A stretch of DNA of 64,000 bases from a virus. The position numbers were made by a program, and so were the translations under genes. The stretch's first letter is position 1, and each line of letters begins with the position of its first letter. The notes under the pieces are model-generated. The model was not told where the DNA came from. It saw only the letters and a list, made by a program, of their open reading frames with translations, and searched no databases. The stretch lies in the IMG/VR virus record IMGVR_UViG_3300023184_000083, positions 1-64,000 of that record, one strand, 5' to 3'. Shown piece after piece: positions 59,859 through 64,000 of this stretch.

Positions 59859-60062
59859 ATGTCTTACGATTTTTCATCAGACGGAATCAAGATTAAGGGC
59901 GACGACTCTTTCCATGTAATGAAGTTGACTGACGTAGACGAGTGGATTCTGCTTCGTCTTCGCAACGGAATCTCTTATAAGGCTGCATCGTTTGTGTCTC
60001 CAGACGAGGCACGGGCGTTCGCTCACTCAATGGGGCTGGAACTCACTAGAAAAGAACAATAA
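59859..60062 (+). CDS. Hypothetical protein
   Basis: Adjacent ORF with SD AAGGA. Confidence 0.55.
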   Translation: MSYDFSSDGIKIKGDDSFHVMKLTDVDEWILLRLRNGISYKAASFVSPDEARAFAHSMGLELTRKEQ

Positions 60063-60067
60063 GTATT

Positions 60068-60673
60068 GTGTATAAGTTACTAACAGTTGCACTGCTCTCT
60101 TTATTCCCCGCCTCTTCACATACGGCATGCTCAAACATTGTTCATGTAGGAGATTCGGTGACTCTTCACTCCATGAAGTACCAGTATTTGGAATATAAAA
60201 AAATTGGATACAAGAAGGCGGTTATTTCTGCTGCCGGAAGTCGGTCTATTTTTACAAAAATGCCGAATGACAACTTCACTGGTTTAGAAGCCGTAAAACA
60301 TTATAAAAAGCATTCGGATAAAAATACATGCTGGGTTATTGCTCTTGGAACAAACGACTCAGGACTGATTAAGTACTGGAGCGCCAAGTCGGCAATTATG
60401 GCGATAGTTCATGAGATACCGAACGCCAACATACTGTGGATAAATATTTGGAAGAGCAGTAGCAAGCACAATGGCCCTAGTGCTACTGAGTGGAACGATG
60501 CGCTTGACACAATTTCGGGTAATTACGAAAATATGATGGTCCTAGACTGGGCAAAAATAGCATCAAAACATAGGAAATGGTTGAATCCAGATGGAGTTCA
60601 CTACAATATGCTCGGTTCTCAGAATCGCGCAAGGATTGTTGCTAGGGAAGTTAATAGTCTTTGGGGAAACTAG
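60068..60673 (+). CDS. Exported SGNH/GDSL hydrolase (resembles the OatA C-terminal domain)
   Basis: Signal peptide, GDS, LGTND, DW, DGVH. Confidence 0.8.
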   Translation: MYKLLTVALLSLFPASSHTACSNIVHVGDSVTLHSMKYQYLEYKKIGYKKAVISAAGSRSIFTKMPNDNFTGLEAVKHYKKHSDKNTCWVIALGTNDSGLIKYWSAKSAIMAIVHEIPNANILWINIWKSSSKHNGPSATEWNDALDTISGNYENMMVLDWAKIASKHRKWLNPDGVHYNMLGSQNRARIVAREVNSLWGN

Positions 60674-61155
60674 GACTTGCCGGCGATGTAGGCAATAAGT
60701 TCATCCATGCTTCGCAGGTCACGTTTGTTGACAATATAGAAGTTGTCTGTTAACTCCTGTTTTTTGTCGTAAAGATTCTTCTGCCCCCATCTATCTTTTG
60801 AAGACGGTCCGACAGCCAGCATTGCTCCTGTTTTTTTGCTTCGCAGAATATAAGCAAGCGGCTTTTGTTGTTTGTCTTCGTAACTGTTTACGGTATCAAC
60901 GATGGTTGTAGGGAAAGGAAAGTCTTTTGGGTCCCATCCAAACTCTATGCTGACGTTCTTCACCTCTAGAACATGTGGAATTAAGTCCAGAACGATGTCT
61001 TTTTCTGTAAGGGTCATATGGCGACGCTCGCTACTGTTTTTGGCTATCTGAAGTTCTGGGACAGTGCACGGTATGCCGTTATCAATCAGATATTGCGCAA
61101 CTATTTTGTTGTAGGAGTGACCTTCTGTAAAAGCCTTCACATAGTCGTAACTCAT
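60670..61155 (-). CDS. PD-(D/E)xK nuclease-like protein
   Basis: EKDI......LEVK. Confidence 0.55.
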   Translation of the reverse strand: MSYDYVKAFTEGHSYNKIVAQYLIDNGIPCTVPELQIAKNSSERRHMTLTEKDIVLDLIPHVLEVKNVSIEFGWDPKDFPFPTTIVDTVNSYEDKQQKPLAYILRSKKTGAMLAVGPSSKDRWGQKNLYDKKQELTDNFYIVNKRDLRSMDELIAYIAGKS

Positions 61156-61207
61156 TGTTACCCTTCTTGCATGTTTGAGATAGTCGGGCTAGATTAAACC
61201 AATATAA

Positions 61208-61280
61208 GCCCTCGTGGCGCAGTGGATAGCGCAACGGACTTCTAATCCGCAGGTCGTTGGTTCAAATCCAACCGAGGGCG
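61208..61280 (+). tRNA. tRNA-Arg(UCU), CCA not encoded
   Basis: Acceptor GCCCTCG/CGAGGGC, anticodon loop CTTCTAA, T-arm GTTGG-TTCAAAT-CCAAC. Confidence 0.93.
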
Positions 61281-61532
61281 CTGAGTGGAAAATTTTTTTC
61301 CTTGAGTAGTGATACGTATCGCTCTAGGTATTTTGGGGTCAACTTCAATAAAACCTGCTATCACGCATTTGTTTAATACTTTATAGGCTGTAGCAGATGA
61401 CCGTAAATCAAGCGCATCTGAAATATTTCTGATAGACGGTGGATAACCCTTTTCAGTTATGTAGGAGGAGATGAAAGAAACAGTCTTCTTTACTTCCTTG
61501 TCAAAGTCGTAAGTGTGTTTAGGCGGTTTCAC
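61242..61532 (-). CDS. LexA-type DNA-binding domain protein without a peptidase domain
   Basis: FI..Y....GYPPSIR.I...L.L.S......L......G.I..DP..PRAI. The 3' end runs antisense into the tRNA-Arg gene. Confidence 0.75.
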   Translation of the reverse strand: MKPPKHTYDFDKEVKKTVSFISSYITEKGYPPSIRNISDALDLRSSATAYKVLNKCVIAGFIEVDPKIPRAIRITTQGKKFSTQRPRLDLNQRPAD

Positions 61533-61836
61533 TTTTCTTCTTCTTTCGTAGGTTTGCAGTCTTTGTTCTGTCGTATTCGCGCTTGCGTAAGAACTCAGCA
61601 TCACAAGCGAAGTAGTACTCCATCCCCCAGATAGCAGAGGGGTGTAGCCCGAGGGAGTCAGACATATCTTCCGCCCTATGAATGGGTACTCCAGAGGTGC
61701 GCCAAGTTATCAGTGCTCTCCTGCCGCATCCACACATTGCTGCGATATGTTCCCATCCAATGTCTGCATCTGCAAATAGTTCAATAACGGGCTCAAGAGG
61801 GAGCGTTATTGGCTTTAGGTGTTCAGGAGCAATCAT
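61519..61836 (-). CDS. HTH protein (Ner-like)
   Basis: IA..CG..RR....WR...LGLHPSAIWG. Confidence 0.6.
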   Translation of the reverse strand: MIAPEHLKPITLPLEPVIELFADADIGWEHIAAMCGCGRRALITWRTSGVPIHRAEDMSDSLGLHPSAIWGMEYYFACDAEFLRKREYDRTKTANLRKKKKSETA

Positions 61837-61920
61837 TCTTGCCTTTAATGAGGCCGGCAAAGAATCCAACAAAAAACCCAATTAGAATCCCGGCAAAATA
61901 TAGATAGAATCTTTGAAACA

Positions 61921-62148
61921 TTATTTTTCCTTCCAAAGAGGGTCAAGTTCAACACCGTACAACTTGCGAAAATCGGAGTAAATAGCCTTTATTGATTTGG
62001 GCGTTCCGTGAGTTGAGTAAATTCTACCAGGAATGTGTTTTGGTGGCGTTATTTTGAAGGTGTTGTTAACGTGACGAACAGAGAAACCAAGTTTCTCTAT
62101 CTCTCTTAGAAGGTTTTTTACTTCTTTGCTTCCGTGGGCACGTGCCAT
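61921..62148 (-). CDS. HicA-like (dsRBD fold) protein
   Basis: K.LL..IE..GF.V......K..PP......HGTP. SD AGGAG. Degenerate motif A upstream. Confidence 0.55.
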   Translation of the reverse strand: MARAHGSKEVKNLLREIEKLGFSVRHVNNTFKITPPKHIPGRIYSTHGTPKSIKAIYSDFRKLYGVELDPLWKEK

Positions 62149-62325
62149 TTGGGTGCTTCTCCTTATTAGTAATACCCGCTTATGGGGTATAAGAGAAAGA
62201 TACCCGTAATTGGCAATTTTGACAACCTATTGTTGAAATAAAATTCAAAGTGAGGGTTGGTGATTTTTTAAAGACTCCGTATATTGGTCTTACACCTATT
62301 GTCTACCTGCAAAGGATTGCTAATT

Positions 62326-62541
62326 ATGACTAACTACAACGAACTCAAGCGCTCAGGGCTAGGACGTGGACGACCGCGACTTTCTGATGAAGACAAAGCA
62401 GAGCGCAAGCGTACAAATGCTATTCGTCAAGAGGCGAGGCGTCGTGCGCATATTGTTTTACAACATCGCCATAGCGATGAGTACGAACAACTGTTTAATG
62501 AAGAGTTGTTTAATCTTCTAGGAACAGAAGAAAACGATTAA
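62326..62541 (+). CDS. Small AT-hook-containing basic protein
   Basis: GRGRPR and a helical Arg-rich segment. Confidence 0.65.
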   Translation: MTNYNELKRSGLGRGRPRLSDEDKAERKRTNAIRQEARRRAHIVLQHRHSDEYEQLFNEELFNLLGTEEND

Positions 62542-62846
62542 CTGCGAATAAAAGCGCGAATACGGGCAATAATTCCCTTTTTGGCTTCATTGACATTCTT
62601 GTCAAAAAAGTCTTCCGCAAACGCAAGAACGTGCTCAACGTTTTGCTCAACAGTATTATCGTCAAAACCAAGCAAGTCGGCGACGTCCTTGACTGCCTTT
62701 GGTGCAGCCTTCTTTGATGCGGCCTTCTTTGGTGCGGTCTTCTTCTTAACGGGAGCCTTCTTTGCTGCTGCTTTTTTCTTTGCAGGAGCCTTTTTTGCAG
62801 GAGCCTTCTTCGCTTTTGTCTTCTTTTTTTGTGGTTCTTTTGCCAT
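62538..62846 (-). CDS. Histone-like Lys/Ala-rich protein
   Basis: KKAPA-type repeats. Confidence 0.7.
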   Translation of the reverse strand: MAKEPQKKKTKAKKAPAKKAPAKKKAAAKKAPVKKKTAPKKAASKKAAPKAVKDVADLLGFDDNTVEQNVEHVLAFAEDFFDKNVNEAKKGIIARIRAFIRS

Positions 62847-62924
62847 GGCGGAAATACTAATACATTGTTGTAACCATCGGCGGAACTTCCATATTTTTAC
62901 GAGTCCTTATACTAGGATTTTTTT

Positions 62925-63560
62925 ATGGAAGACATTTATATTGATGACCTTCAAAAATTAGCATTAACATTGACTTCGGCGCAATTGGCAAAAAGAGCCT
63001 TTGTATCGGATATGGGCATCGGTGAAGATATTGCTTTCAACTTTTTTGGATGGCAGAACAACAGAATTGCGCTTATAGCGCAGTTAAACAGGCCTTTAAT
63101 GAGTCTCAAGCCAGAACAGAGGTTTGGCGTCTGTGCTGACCTATGCATGGCTATGCGGACATATTGGGGGGTGGATGCCATTTCTATGGTCGCAGAGGGC
63201 TGGATTTCAAAAGACCCCGAAAAGACCAAGGGTTTAGACCTTCAGAAGGCTTTTGCTAAAAAAGACAGCGAAGTAAGGGAGTGCATCACTATTACTCACG
63301 CTGAACTTGATGAAGATGGCGAGACTTCAGTTCAATTACTGGCTTGCCCATACGAATACGAATTGGGAAGAAAAGTAAATTTCAAAGATGTTGTTTACTA
63401 CCGGGATGGTGCCGTCAAGATTATTAGAGATAAAAAATTTCCCGCAATGATGATTAAGTGCTTGATGGCAGAGGTTGTGGATAACGTCCCAAGAAATTTA
63501 ATTGATGATGTAATTCTTGACTTTCAAGACAAAGGAATTTTCACGCAAGAATTTGCCTAG
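62925..63560 (+). CDS. Hypothetical protein
   Basis: 211-aa ORF. TAGGAT lies 6 nt before the ATG. Confidence 0.7.
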   Translation: MEDIYIDDLQKLALTLTSAQLAKRAFVSDMGIGEDIAFNFFGWQNNRIALIAQLNRPLMSLKPEQRFGVCADLCMAMRTYWGVDAISMVAEGWISKDPEKTKGLDLQKAFAKKDSEVRECITITHAELDEDGETSVQLLACPYEYELGRKVNFKDVVYYRDGAVKIIRDKKFPAMMIKCLMAEVVDNVPRNLIDDVILDFQDKGIFTQEFA

Positions 63561-63632
63561 TACCCCCGGGTGGAATTGAACCACCTTAACGACCTTATAA
63601 GAGTCGCGTCTTAACCAGTAGACGACGAGGGC
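63561..63632 (-). tRNA. tRNA-Ile(UAU), CCA not encoded
   Basis: Acceptor GCCCTCG/CGGGGGT, D-stem GTCT/AGAC, anticodon arm CGACT-CTTATAA-GGTCG, T-arm GGTGG-TTCAATT-CCACC. Confidence 0.88.
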
Positions 63633-63648
63633 GTGATAAAATCAAAGT

Positions 63649-63948
63649 ATGTACGGAGACGAGCCAGTAAGACTATTTGATGGCGTTACGCTCCTTAGGG
63701 CAACAAGACAGCCTTGCCCTGTCTGTGGACAAGCGAATGGTGATTGTATTGGTACTTCTGCACCTCCGTCACATATTTCTGGCATGGGTGGAGTTTATGA
63801 GTCCCAAAAAGAAATTGCAACAATGCTTGTTGAAAAAGATATTTTTGAGGAAAGACAAATAAATCCTTATTTCAAAACACGTGTTTTGCTTCACCCTAAG
63901 GGTTCTTACATCACTGTTGAGCAGGCTAAAAATTTAGGACTACTTTAG
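63649..63948 (+). CDS. Hypothetical protein
   Basis: CPVCG...C. TAAAAT lies 6 nt before the ATG. Confidence 0.65.
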   Translation: MYGDEPVRLFDGVTLLRATRQPCPVCGQANGDCIGTSAPPSHISGMGGVYESQKEIATMLVEKDIFEERQINPYFKTRVLLHPKGSYITVEQAKNLGLL

Positions 63949-64000
63949 ACGCTTTCACTATTTGTTGATACGGTATCATCTACTACTCACCTTAAAAAAT

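Larger units (their letters stand above)
25544..62228. promoter_or_regulatory. Motif A: family of about 28 early-type promoters, GG-TTGTCA-TT-N5-TAATAAVGGA-TANNNT-GAAGGT-(ATG)
   Basis: Minus strand at about 25544, 26082, 27132, 27835, 28958, 29352 (degenerate), 30175, 45705, 49690, 62196 (degenerate). Plus strand at about 30353, 31227, 31790, 32675, 32885, 33473, 33743, 34877, 35305, 35997, 37171, 37803, 38223, 39018, 40050, 40451, 41016, 43356. -35 TTGTCA, 17-bp spacer, -10 TANNNT. Confidence 0.93.

Noticed and set aside
61242-61280. tRNA-Arg 3' half as an attP/attB prophage boundary
   Set aside because: No integrase or duplicated tRNA fragment occurs in the window, and phage-like genes continue on both sides.
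60435-63484. DnaA boxes at 60435 and 63476 as functional sites
   Set aside because: They are single and inside coding sequence. They are included in the count but not claimed as functional.

Overview
A 64-kb segment of a large tailed bacteriophage. The host is probably an actinobacterium: the window has two WhiB genes, an Rpf-type transglycosylase, a proteasome-beta/HslV-like protease and many leaderless-type gene starts. Layout: (1) 1-15.3 kb, tail-fibre genes interleaved with an enzyme cluster (2OG-Fe(II) oxygenase, tryptophan-halogenase-like flavoprotein, FkbM methyltransferase, GT4 glycosyltransferase), a large exported beta-helix/Thr-linker protein and a lysis cassette. (2) 15.3-22 kb, regulators, a phosphoesterase and replication-initiation genes. 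(3) 22-46 kb, a probable early region of mostly small genes diverging from about 30.3 kb. It carries most of about 28 copies of one promoter (motif A) and 10 copies of a strand-polar element (motif B). (4) 46-53 kb, thyX, Rpf, SSB, WhiB and a primase-helicase. (5) A 1654-aa multi-metallopeptidase-like protein whose domains are separated by GL[R/A]S motifs, then a 430-bp control region, a LexA-DBD-only gene and two tRNAs (Arg-UCU, Ile-UAU). The most striking signal is non-coding. Repeated 155-185-bp junction cassettes (motif B, variable spacer, motif A) and the 58.4-58.8 kb region carry consensus sites for host proteins: a perfect parS, clustered perfect DnaA boxes, LexA/SOS boxes and DtxR/IdeR-like palindromes. 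There are also two candidate ncRNAs, one displaying a copy of the 16S anti-Shine-Dalgarno tail in a hairpin loop. All family assignments come from motif recognition by eye and all counts are manual. No searches or folding computations were run.
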